NCBI GenBank assembly: GCA_050951565.1
Contig: JBMNJH010000007.1
Span: forward strand, 14,515 to 78,514
Reading direction: 5' to 3'
DNA length: 64,000 nucleotides
Source of the DNA: Peptococcia bacterium
Lineage (GTDB): Bacteria > Bacillota > Peptococcia > DRI-13 > DTU073
Shown: positions 9,223 to 17,280 of the stretch, in pieces
How positions within the stretch are numbered: position 1 is the first letter of the stretch
How the letters are laid out: every line of letters begins with the position of its first letter
The notes under the pieces: model-generated
The model's input: only the letters and a program-made list of their open reading frames with translations
Database searches by the model: none
Told to the model about the DNA's origin: nothing
Translations under genes and position numbers: made by a program

Positions 9223-9891
9223 ATGCCGGGAATGAACAAATGCACCGATGAACGGATTCTCGTTTGTGTTTATTATGGACCAAATGGTGAACGACTGATC
9301 AAGCGTGGCATTAAGATTGCTCAAATGTCCAACTGCCCCCTCTATATTTTACATATTGACCCGAAACCCCTTGACGAAATGGATGCGGAAAAATCAGACT
9401 ATATTGCCAAATGGAGACGTTTAGCGGAAGAAAACGGAGCCGAGGAGTTTGTCCTGCTCGATAACGAACCGCGTCCCGCCTATCAAGTAATTGCGGAAGT
9501 GGCCCGCCAGAAGAGAATCACACAAATCATTATCGGCGAATCCCCCCACAGCCGCTGGGAACAAATCTCCAAAGAATCCATCGTCAATGCCTTGTTGCGG
9601 GAAATTCCCTTCATTGATCTCCATATTGTTTCGGTCGCCCGTTATATGAAAGACGCCGATGATAATTACAATAAAGGCGTAAGAGCCTATCTTGTAAAAG
9701 AGGATGACCACTATCGGCTGACTTTTATCTACACCCATAACGTTGAATATGAGGGTATCTTCTTTAAAGAAAGCGGAACCGATTTTAACAACGGCATCTT
9801 TCGCTTTCGAAAAGAGCAAGAAACCATCCAGGTGCAAGTAATTGAAGATCTTGTTAAAGATTTTACCAATGTGGAATTGGAAACCAACTAA
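9223..9891 (+). CDS. Universal-stress-protein (KdpD-Usp-like) domain protein with an uncharacterised ~80-aa C-terminal domain
   Basis: The N-terminal part is ILVCVYYGPNGERLIKRGIKIAQ...ITQIIIGESPHSRW...IDLHIVS (Usp/adenine-nucleotide alpha-hydrolase pattern). Start set at ATG 9223, after the RBS GGAGGG. Confidence 0.6.
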   Translation: MPGMNKCTDERILVCVYYGPNGERLIKRGIKIAQMSNCPLYILHIDPKPLDEMDAEKSDYIAKWRRLAEENGAEEFVLLDNEPRPAYQVIAEVARQKRITQIIIGESPHSRWEQISKESIVNALLREIPFIDLHIVSVARYMKDADDNYNKGVRAYLVKEDDHYRLTFIYTHNVEYEGIFFKESGTDFNNGIFRFRKEQETIQVQVIEDLVKDFTNVELETN

Positions 9892-9979
9892 TGTTGTTTT
9901 ACTATACCTCTTCTGCTATTTAGTATTCATTATAGCATATTTCACCATTAGTTCACCAACCATGAAAAAGGATTCCCCA

Positions 9980-10006
9980 AAGCCGGCGATAGGCCGGCTT
10001 TTTTAT
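9980..10006 (+). terminator. Rho-independent terminator of the Usp-like gene
   Basis: AGCCGGC-GATA-GCCGGCT hairpin followed by TTTTTTA. Confidence 0.7.
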
Positions 10007-10028
10007 TGGCAGCGACAAAACAACAAAA

Positions 10029-10059
10029 AGGCAGCCCTACCAAAAGCTTGTGGCTGCCT
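10029..10059 (-). terminator. Rho-independent terminator of the DUF4153-like gene
   Basis: AGGCAGCC / GGCTGCCT stem with a 15-nt loop. On the minus strand it is followed by TTTTTGTTGTTTTG. Confidence 0.6.
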
Positions 10060-10097
10060 TCAATAGATACTCTTCAATAAATACTCTTAAGATCCTC

Positions 10098-11339
10098 TTA
10101 AAAAATTAGTGGAAAAGCAAAGGTAACGAAAGCTGCCCAAAGTCCGTAGACCGGCAAAAACTTGGTAACCGAATCCTGGACGATGGAAACTCCGTTTTTA
10201 TTACGAAGAAAACGCAGATAAGAAAGCGTAATCCAGATTAAATTCGCCCAGATCAGGATGTTTACGCCCAAAACCGCTATTCTGTTCGGCGTAATCCCGT
10301 AAGAAGTAAGCCTGAACAGGATAGCGGACAAAGCGACCGTATCAATGACCAGCGACAACATGATCAGGGCACAGTTTATATAATCGGAAATGGTCTTGCG
10401 CTCGTCCGCGCCGCTTTCCGAGATGGAATAAATCGTGACACCCAATACAATGAAAAGGATAATGTTGAAAGAAAGAAGAAAATTGCGATCCAAAAAGGGA
10501 TTCTTGCCCACCCAAACAACTGCGATCAGATAGGCGACCAAAGTGGCAAGGACCAGCGGGCTAAAAATTTTGGCCAGATACGGGGCAATATTTTTGGCCA
10601 GTTTAAGATTCCTTAAGATAAGGTACGCCGCCACAATCGCCAGGGCCGCCGCCCCAAATTCCACCACGTTTGCAAAATAGAAATCTTCAATCGACAGGCC
10701 GATATATTGAAACAGCGAGATGGTCAATAGTGATAATATAATGCCGCAGATGCCCATACTGGTGTAAATGATGGCAAATTCCCCGTTGAATTTGAGATAG
10801 GACAACCTGGCGCTGCCTAAGCCATACTCATTACCGGTATAGGCAAGCCCGACCAATACCCATAAGAAAACGGGAAGATGGAGATAAGCCAGATTGATAC
10901 TGTCTTTTTGCTCGAGGGGCAACAAATTAATATACAGTGCGGAAACCAGAAATACCGCTCCGATGATGTACCGGATCTTTTTCTCGGGCAGCTTTTTGTG
11001 TATGAAATAGGCCGCCAAAAAAGGAGCGATCCCAAAAACGAAATTAATCGGCGCGATGGCACTTTGTTCTGTAAAATACAAAATGATCCTGGTGCTTAAT
11101 CCGGCCAGAATGGCTAAAAGGCCCATGAACAGAAAATCTCTCGAACAGAAGGAAGCGTTGCCGCTACTTTCCTCCTGGAAAAATAACCGTTCATGCCAGA
11201 CCGCCAGGACCGGCGAATCCTGGTTTTGTTCCCAGGCGGACAAAAATGACTTTTTAAAAGCTTCCGGATCTTTTCGGTATATTTTCTCCAACTCATGAGG
11301 ATTAGCAAGATTCTCGACAATCGGATTATTACCCTCCAT
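10098..11339 (-). CDS. DUF4153-like polytopic membrane protein
   Basis: About 10 TM segments after a soluble N-terminus (LEKIYRKDPEAFKKSFLSAWEQ...WHERLFF) that resembles the DUF4153 family. Start moved to ATG 11339, after GGAGGTAGAGGG. Confidence 0.5.
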   Translation of the reverse strand: MEGNNPIVENLANPHELEKIYRKDPEAFKKSFLSAWEQNQDSPVLAVWHERLFFQEESSGNASFCSRDFLFMGLLAILAGLSTRIILYFTEQSAIAPINFVFGIAPFLAAYFIHKKLPEKKIRYIIGAVFLVSALYINLLPLEQKDSINLAYLHLPVFLWVLVGLAYTGNEYGLGSARLSYLKFNGEFAIIYTSMGICGIILSLLTISLFQYIGLSIEDFYFANVVEFGAAALAIVAAYLILRNLKLAKNIAPYLAKIFSPLVLATLVAYLIAVVWVGKNPFLDRNFLLSFNIILFIVLGVTIYSISESGADERKTISDYINCALIMLSLVIDTVALSAILFRLTSYGITPNRIAVLGVNILIWANLIWITLSYLRFLRNKNGVSIVQDSVTKFLPVYGLWAAFVTFAFPLIF

Positions 11340-11388
11340 CCCTCTACCTCCCATGCTAAATCTTAATTGTTTACCATATTATATTAAT

Positions 11389-11721
11389 TTAATTATTTTT
11401 CCGCAAGATTTTATCCATCGCTTTTCCCTTGGCTAACTCGTCAATCAGCTTGTCCAAATACCGAATCTCCCGCATTAACGGTTCTTCGATTCCCTCTACC
11501 CGAACCCCACAAACGACTCCTTTGATTAAACTCCGCGCCGGGTTCGGTTGAGGCGCTTCCGCAAAGAAGGTTTCGAAGTTGACCTGTTTTTCCAATTGGG
11601 CTTCCAGCTCTTCCTGGCTGTATCCTGTTAACCAACGGATGATTTCATCGACTTCCGCTTTCGTGCGCCCCTTCTTTTCCGCCTTCGCTTTTTTAATAAT
11701 AAATTTTAAAAAATGCCTTAT
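11389..11721 (-). pseudogene. DUF2200-family gene lacking its 5' end and start codon
   Basis: The frame is open from the TAG at 11724-11722. It reads [111 protein letters not shown] recognise the conserved DUF2200 core. There is no ATG or GTG before the internal TTG used by the track (11595). Confidence 0.55.
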
Positions 11722-11758
11722 CTAATATATATACTATCGTACATATATTAGATAAGGC
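11715..11758 (-). terminator. Perfect 16-bp inverted repeat (terminator of the TA cassette / junction marker)
   Basis: GCCTTATCTAATATAT (11715-11730), a 12-nt loop, then ATATATTAGATAAGGC (11743-11758). On the minus strand it is followed by ATTTTTTAAAATTT. It lies 30 nt after the toxin stop and overlaps the start of the truncated DUF2200 frame. Confidence 0.55.
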
Positions 11759-11787
11759 CCATGATGCCATACCTAAAAAGTTGTTAC

Positions 11788-12054
11788 TCATAATTTATCT
11801 ACAATAGAATGATGTCCAATATCCAACGTAATAATAATATCAGACCCTTCATACGGCCAAGGTATCCTTATATCCATGTTAACACTACATTCAAATAAAC
11901 CTTCAAAACCCTTGATTTTTTTGGTACGCAAAGATGGATGGTATGGGTTAATTTGAAGTATTTTCAGCTTTTCTGCTACCTGCTTCTGTTCAGTAATTAT
12001 AAGTCTTTTTAAATTCTTTTCAAAGGTTTTAGTGAAAATGATTTTAAACTTCAT
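11788..12054 (-). CDS. Type II toxin, RelE/ParE (YafQ-like) family
   Basis: 88 aa. The pattern KTFEKNLKRL...NPYHPSLRTKKIKG...FECSVNMDIRI...ITLDIGHH is typical of RelE/StbE mRNA interferases. It overlaps the upstream antitoxin by 11 nt. Confidence 0.75.
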   Translation of the reverse strand: MKFKIIFTKTFEKNLKRLIITEQKQVAEKLKILQINPYHPSLRTKKIKGFEGLFECSVNMDIRIPWPYEGSDIIITLDIGHHSIVDKL

Positions 12055-12316
12055 CTAAATTAATCCCCATATCCATAAACATCTTGTCTATGTCGTCATA
12101 AGCTTTCATTTCACCACTCTTATACTCAGCTTCCGTTTCTTTAATAAGTTTAGCGATACGGATCATTTCATTCTTAGGGTAAACAACTACAGGACATAAA
12201 AATATACCACCATCTTTTTCTATTACTTCAAATTGATCGCCTTCTTTAATGCCAAGTTTTTTAACTATTTCAGAAGGAATAGTAATCTGTGATCTCCCTC
12301 GTATTTCAACCAGCAT
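12044..12316 (-). CDS. Type II antitoxin, AbrB/MazE/SpoVT-type DNA-binding domain
   Basis: MLVEIRGRSQITIPSEIVKKLGIKEGDQFEV is a swapped-hairpin AbrB-like motif. Start placed at ATG 12316, after GGTGA. Confidence 0.75.
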   Translation of the reverse strand: MLVEIRGRSQITIPSEIVKKLGIKEGDQFEVIEKDGGIFLCPVVVYPKNEMIRIAKLIKETEAEYKSGEMKAYDDIDKMFMDMGINLDEV

Positions 12317-12329
12317 ACAAATCACCTTT

Positions 12330-12383
12330 TCAGAATTTCATACTTTCTGATTTTATTATACGCTAAGTAAACTGATAAGTCAA
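12330..12383 (-). promoter_or_regulatory. Near-consensus sigma-A promoter plus candidate operator of the TA cassette
   Basis: TTGACT (12383-12378), a 17-nt spacer, then TATAAT (12360-12355). Downstream is the inverted repeat TCAGAA-N9-TTCTGA (12330-12350), between the -10 box and the RBS. Confidence 0.6.
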
Positions 12384-12388
12384 TAATA

Positions 12389-12418
12389 AACCTCCCCCAC
12401 TTAAAGATGAGGGAGGTT
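12389..12418 (-). terminator. Terminator of rubrerythrin
   Basis: AACCTCCC / GGGAGGTT stem with a 14-nt loop. On the minus strand it is followed by TATTATTG (a weak U-tract). Confidence 0.45.
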
Positions 12419-12426
12419 CAGTTCGA

Positions 12427-12960
12427 TTAATAATTTTCTTTTCTCACTTCGAAAAAGCTTTGGGGGTGGTTGCAAACGGGACAAACCTCAGGTGCCTTTT
12501 TCCCGATTACAATGTGACCGCAATTCCGGCATTCCCACACCGTATCTTCTGTTTTTTCAAACACTGTCTTCGTCTCGACATTACGAAGTAGTTTACGGAA
12601 TCTTGCCTCGTGAGCCTTCTCGATCTCCGCAACTTTGCGGAATTGTTCGGCCAGATCGATGAATCCTTCTTCCTCTGCCTCCTTGGCAAAACGAGCGTAC
12701 ATATCAGTCCATTCGTAATTTTCACCTTCCGCGGCATGGAGAAGATTTTGGGCAGTACCACCAAGCTCTTCTAAAGCTTTAAACCACAGTTTGGCATGTT
12801 CCTTTTCGTTGTTTGCAGTCGCTTCAAAAATAGCGGCGATTTGCTCATAACCTTCTTTCTTGGCGGCGGAAGCAAAATATGTATATTTATTCCTCGCCTG
12901 TGATTCTCCCGCGAAAGCTTCCCAGAGATTTTTTTCTGTCTTTGTGCCTTTAAATTTCAT
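12427..12960 (-). CDS. rbr: Rubrerythrin
   Basis: [30 protein letters not shown] marks the ferritin-like diiron domain (EKEHAKLW). The C-terminus is a rubredoxin-like CRNCG...CPVC. Start moved to ATG 12960. Confidence 0.9.
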   Translation of the reverse strand: MKFKGTKTEKNLWEAFAGESQARNKYTYFASAAKKEGYEQIAAIFEATANNEKEHAKLWFKALEELGGTAQNLLHAAEGENYEWTDMYARFAKEAEEEGFIDLAEQFRKVAEIEKAHEARFRKLLRNVETKTVFEKTEDTVWECRNCGHIVIGKKAPEVCPVCNHPQSFFEVRKENY

Positions 12961-13098
12961 TCCTATCATCTCCCCTTTTCTATTTGTTTTATTTCTCTTA
13001 TTTTAAAATTGTTTCATTTCGGTTCATCCAGCTTCTTCCGAGAAACCGGTCGGTCGGTTTTAACTTATCTCAGCCCTGCTCTTTTGTCAAGACATATA

Positions 13099-13557
13099 TT
13101 ACTTTCTTAGTTGCTCCAGCATTGCGGCCGCTTGCCCGACCATCTCCACACAAGAAGGTTTTTTAGCGTACTCTCCTTTTCTTTCCTCTGGGATAAGCCT
13201 GTTCGTATCTGTGCTCAAGCCGGTTAATTCTTTACAGATAATCGAACCGTTTGCTTCTTTAAATTGCTGGGCAAGGGATTGAATCAATTTATAATGCTCG
13301 ATCCTTTTTTCTTTATTGGAGGGATCAGAAAACCCGTAAAGCAGACCGGCAACCATAAACATCCCCGTAACCGCTCCGCAGACCTCACGCAGCCTTCCCA
13401 TCCCCGCGCCAAAAGAAGAAGTAAGCTTCATCGCCGTGTCAAAATCCATCCCGATTTCATCACAAAAGGCACCTATTACCGCTTGCGAGCAACTGTATCC
13501 ATTGTTGAAAAGTTCCATCGCACGGTCCGCAGCACAGCTAGTCTTATTCTCTTGCAT
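13099..13557 (-). CDS. C_GCAxxG_C_C family (putative redox-active) protein
   Basis: GYSCSQAV ... EVCGAVTG ... CKEL ... CVEM follows the cysteine pattern of the C-GCAxxG-C-C family. Confidence 0.7.
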   Translation of the reverse strand: MQENKTSCAADRAMELFNNGYSCSQAVIGAFCDEIGMDFDTAMKLTSSFGAGMGRLREVCGAVTGMFMVAGLLYGFSDPSNKEKRIEHYKLIQSLAQQFKEANGSIICKELTGLSTDTNRLIPEERKGEYAKKPSCVEMVGQAAAMLEQLRK

Positions 13558-13649
13558 CGTCTATTTCTCCTTTGTTTTCAATTATTTGCATATATGTTGA
13601 TAGGAATCACAATGTATCTCTTTTATTATATACTCTTATCTAACCGCAA

Positions 13650-13666
13650 ACCAATGTCACATTGGT
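13650..13666. promoter_or_regulatory. Perfect 8-1-8 palindrome, candidate regulator binding site
   Basis: ACCAATGT-C-ACATTGGT. It overlaps the stop codon of ORF 13657-13980. It lies about 20 nt upstream of a TATAAT (13630-13625) that faces the C_GCAxxG gene, which puts it at the -35 position. Confidence 0.35.
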
Positions 13667-13980
13667 GTAACAATTAATAATATACTCCCAAAACAGATGC
13701 CAAACATATTACTTTTCTCAAAAATAAACAGAAATAACACTAACGCACCGGAAAAAAACAATGTGTTCACTAACCCGTAATTCCAATAATATGGTGAAAT
13801 TATTCGTTTGTCATACCATTCATAGACTTCTTTATGACTTTTTTTAAATCTCAAAATCTCATATTTATACCGTTTATAATGAGCTTTTATTTCACGGGTG
13901 CCAAGCATATCAAATATCCAGAATATACGGCATACCATGCTATCAGGAGAACACTGATTGCCAATAATACAGCGTAACAA
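13657..13980 (-). CDS. Hypothetical small membrane protein (start uncertain; see the overlapping frame at 13887-14012)
   Basis: AT-rich ORF with a basic loop (KAHYKRYKYEILRFKKSHK) followed by hydrophobic segments. The track start is a TTG with no RBS. An internal ATG (MLGTREIK) is possible. Confidence 0.35.
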   Translation of the reverse strand: MLRCIIGNQCSPDSMVCRIFWIFDMLGTREIKAHYKRYKYEILRFKKSHKEVYEWYDKRIISPYYWNYGLVNTLFFSGALVLFLFIFEKSNMFGICFGSILLIVTPM

Positions 13981-14012
13981 TTACGCCAATTTTGGAGCGT
14001 CTTCATTTCCAT
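13887..14012 (-). CDS. 41-aa hydrophobic ORF with a strong RBS, overlapping the 5' end of 13657-13980 in another frame
   Basis: GAAGGAGG, 4 nt, then ATG GAA ATG AAG, reading MEMKTLQNWRNCYAVLLAISVLLIAWYAVYSGYLICLAPVK*. Not in the ORF track (<60 aa). Confidence 0.35.
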   Translation of the reverse strand: MEMKTLQNWRNCYAVLLAISVLLIAWYAVYSGYLICLAPVK

Positions 14013-14082
14013 CACGCCTCCTTCATAAACACAGTTTAGAGAAAGATAAGAAGAAATTCATTAGCCAAAAGGATGAAATTGC

Positions 14083-14113
14083 AAAAAAAGCCTCTCATAC
14101 TAAAGTATGAGAG
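14083..14113 (-). terminator. Rho-independent terminator (second of two downstream of ppdK)
   Basis: CTCTCATAC-TTTA-GTATGAGAG stem. On the minus strand it is followed by GCTTTTTTTGC. Confidence 0.65.
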
Positions 14114-14359
14114 ACCAAAAATATTCGCCGTTGAGCTAAGGTGAGCTATGGAAATGCGGTGTTGTAACATAAATTTCTCATCTTGGCATTAATATCATTG
14201 TAGTACATTTAAAAAGCCATAATTATAAGATAGTCGCCTGGATTAATTTGTGTGTTCCAAGCCCACAGGGCAGAGCAATCAGTAAGGCCAGGCAGGGACA
14301 CATCAACCACGGAAGCTCCTGATAACAGGGTTTTATAAAAAACGAATGCCGGCACTGAT

Positions 14360-14399
14360 AAAAAAAGGGTATTATCTCTTCATTGAAGAGATAATACCC
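14360..14399 (-). terminator. Rho-independent terminator of ppdK
   Basis: 16-bp stem GGGTATTATCTCTTCA / TGAAGAGATAATACCC. On the minus strand it is followed by TTTTTTTATC. It lies 65 nt after the ppdK stop. Confidence 0.8.
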
Positions 14400-14464
14400 T
14401 GTCTTATTTTCCCTTAATCGCTCATGTCCTTGGTAGAAGTCTTTCTGAGCTGTATTGGCCCTGT

Positions 14465-17116
14465 TTATTTGCGCGGATAGCTGATCTGCGCCTGGGCGGC
14501 CGCTAGTCTGGCAATCGGCACTCTAAAGGGTGAGCAACTGACAAAGTCCAAACCGACCAGGTGGCAGAACTCTACGGAGTTCGGATCGCCGCCATGCTCG
14601 CCGCAGATGCCGATGAGGAGATTCGGCTTCTTCTCGCGGCCTTTCTTCACCGCTAACTTCATAAGCTCGCCGACGCCGTCACGGTCGATGACCATGAAGG
14701 GATCTTCCTTGAGGATTTTCTTATCGAGATAGTCATGCATAAATTTGCCTTCCGCGTCGTCACGGCTGAACCCAAAGGTCGTCTGGGTAAGGTCGTTGGT
14801 TCCAAAGGAGAAGAAGTCGGCGTGCTCAGCCAGTTCATCTGCTACCAGGCAGGCCCGCGGTAATTCAATCATGGTGCCTACGTAATACTCAAATTTCACC
14901 CCTGCTTTATTTATAATTTCTTCCGCGATCTGTACAGCTTCTTCCTTCAAGAGGGACAGCTCATTGGGATGAATAACGAGCGGAATTTCTACTTCCGGAA
15001 TTACCTTATAGCCTTCCTTCACCAAACGGACCGCCGCCTGGAAAATAGCTCTTACCTGCATCCGGTAGATTTCAGGATAACTGACCCCTAAACGGCAGCC
15101 TCTGTGGCCGAGCATCGGGTTAAATTCATGCAGGGATCTTGCTTTGGCCAGGAGAAATTCTTTTTTCTCGATTTCCTTCTTGTTGCCGCCCTTAAGCCTT
15201 AATTCAGCAAGCTCAATCGCCAGCTCTTCCGCATTAGGCAGGAATTCATGTAAGGGAGGATCCAGCAAACGAATGGTAACCGGGAATCCGTCCATTGCTT
15301 TTAAGATACCGTAGAAATCCTCTTCCTGCATAGGCATCAGTTTAGCTAAAGCCGCTTCCCTTTCCTCGGCTGTATCCGCCATAATCATTTCCTGCACAAT
15401 CGGAATCCGGTCGGGCGCCATAAACATATGCTCGGTGCGGCAGAGCCCAATTCCTTCGGCTCCAAAACCCCGGGCCTTTTTCACATCATTAGGAGTATCG
15501 GCATTAGTACGCACACCCAGCTTTCTGAATTGATCCGCCCACTCTAAAAGAATCTGGAACTCACCGCTTAATTCCGGATCGATCATTTTTACTTCACCTA
15601 ACATTACACTGCCGGTACTACCATCCAGTGAGATAATGTCGCCTTCCTTAATGACCAGATCTTTAACCCTAATTACACCGGCTTGTTCATCAATCTTCAA
15701 GGCTTCACAGCCACAAACACAACATTTACCCATCCCGCGCGCCACAACCGCAGCATGGCTGGTCATCCCGCCACGGCTGGTTAAAATACCTTGTGCCGCC
15801 ACGATACCATGAATATCATCAGGTGTTGTTTCCGTGCTCACTAAGATTACTTTTTCTCCATTTTTTCCGAGTTCTTCAGCTTTATCCGCATTCAAAACAA
15901 CGGCACCACTAGCCGCACCAGGAGAAGCAGGCAAACCTTTGGCAATCACTTCAGCCTTGGAACTGGGATCAATTCTTCTATGTAATAATTGATTCAGGGA
16001 AGAAGGATCTACCCGTAACACCGCTTCCTCTTTCGTAATCAATCCTTCTTTCTGTAAATCAACGGCAATCTTGACCGCTGCATGGGCCGTTCTCTTTCCG
16101 GTTCTGGTCTGCAGCATGTATAATTTACCGCGTTCAATGGTAAACTCGATATCCTGCATATCCCGGTAGTGGTTTTCCAAGGTCTTACAAATCTTCTCAA
16201 ACTGTGCATATATTTCCGGTGCATCCTTCTGCAAAGCCGAAATGGGATTAGGTGTACGAATTCCGGCCACAACGTCTTCCCCTTGGGCATTCATTAAATA
16301 TTCGCCGTAGATTTTCTTTTCCCCGGTCGAAGGATTGCGGGTAAAGGCCACCCCGGTTCCGGAATCATCGCCCACATTACCGAAAACCATCGACTGGACA
16401 TTAACGGCAGTGCCCAGGTCATCGGAAATCTTGTTGATTTTCCGGTATACGATCGCTCTCGGATTGTACCATGAACTGAAAACTGCCTTTACGGCCATGA
16501 TTAATTGTTCTTTCGGATCGGTTGGGAACTCACGGCCGGTCTCTTTCTTGACGATCTCTTTATAGGCCTGGATCACCTTTCTCAGCGCTTCCGGTGATAA
16601 GTCTTTGTCTACCTCTACCCCGTACTCTTCTTTCACCTTCTCCAACGCCGCTTCAAAGTTTTTATGCTCCACTTCCATTACCACATTAGCGAACATTTGA
16701 ATAAACCGTCTGAAGCAATCCAGTACAAAACGCTCGTTGCTGGTCTGTTTAATCATCCCTTGAACGGTTTGTTCGTTCAAGCCAAGATTGAGAATTGTAT
16801 CCATCATCCCAGGCATGGAAACAGGAGCGCCCGAGCGAACGGAAACCAGCAACGGATTGTCGGCATCGCCAAATTTTCTTCCGGTCTCTTTTTCCACCTC
16901 TTTTAATTTGGCCCACATGTCTTCTTCCATGCCGTCGGGGAACTTCTGCCCTAACTTGTAATATTCTTTACAGGCTTCCGTGGTAATCGTCAATCCAGGA
17001 GGCACCGGCAGACCAATACTTCTCATTTCCGCAAGGTTAGCCCCTTTGCCGCCCAGCAGGTTTTTCATGTCCGCCCGTCCTTCATTGAACAAGTAAACAT
17101 ACTTTACCTTTCCCAT
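14465..17116 (-). CDS. ppdK: Pyruvate, phosphate dikinase
   Basis: 883 aa. ATP-grasp N-terminus (GGKGANLAEM), phosphohistidine domain (GGMTSHAAVVARGMG) and PEP-utilising C-terminus (GLCRTEHMF ... FSFGTNDLTQ). Confidence 0.95.
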   Translation of the reverse strand: MGKVKYVYLFNEGRADMKNLLGGKGANLAEMRSIGLPVPPGLTITTEACKEYYKLGQKFPDGMEEDMWAKLKEVEKETGRKFGDADNPLLVSVRSGAPVSMPGMMDTILNLGLNEQTVQGMIKQTSNERFVLDCFRRFIQMFANVVMEVEHKNFEAALEKVKEEYGVEVDKDLSPEALRKVIQAYKEIVKKETGREFPTDPKEQLIMAVKAVFSSWYNPRAIVYRKINKISDDLGTAVNVQSMVFGNVGDDSGTGVAFTRNPSTGEKKIYGEYLMNAQGEDVVAGIRTPNPISALQKDAPEIYAQFEKICKTLENHYRDMQDIEFTIERGKLYMLQTRTGKRTAHAAVKIAVDLQKEGLITKEEAVLRVDPSSLNQLLHRRIDPSSKAEVIAKGLPASPGAASGAVVLNADKAEELGKNGEKVILVSTETTPDDIHGIVAAQGILTSRGGMTSHAAVVARGMGKCCVCGCEALKIDEQAGVIRVKDLVIKEGDIISLDGSTGSVMLGEVKMIDPELSGEFQILLEWADQFRKLGVRTNADTPNDVKKARGFGAEGIGLCRTEHMFMAPDRIPIVQEMIMADTAEEREAALAKLMPMQEEDFYGILKAMDGFPVTIRLLDPPLHEFLPNAEELAIELAELRLKGGNKKEIEKKEFLLAKARSLHEFNPMLGHRGCRLGVSYPEIYRMQVRAIFQAAVRLVKEGYKVIPEVEIPLVIHPNELSLLKEEAVQIAEEIINKAGVKFEYYVGTMIELPRACLVADELAEHADFFSFGTNDLTQTTFGFSRDDAEGKFMHDYLDKKILKEDPFMVIDRDGVGELMKLAVKKGREKKPNLLIGICGEHGGDPNSVEFCHLVGLDFVSCSPFRVPIARLAAAQAQISYPRK

Positions 17117-17280
17117 TTACCAATCACCTCGATAAAAAATTTGTAAAACAAGAGCTCTGCTCAACGACCGTTGTGTTACAGAATCCAACCATTTTTGTTT
17201 TCTCTGCTCCTTCCCCCTCCTTATCTATAACATCAGCAGCGTTACTAACCGGAATCGGTAGCTTCTGCGCTTAGCCTTTC

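Noticed and set aside
9842-10066. A 74-aa plus-strand ORF after the Usp-like gene.
   Set aside because: It overlaps the Usp gene's 3' end out of frame and runs through two terminator hairpins. It has no RBS.
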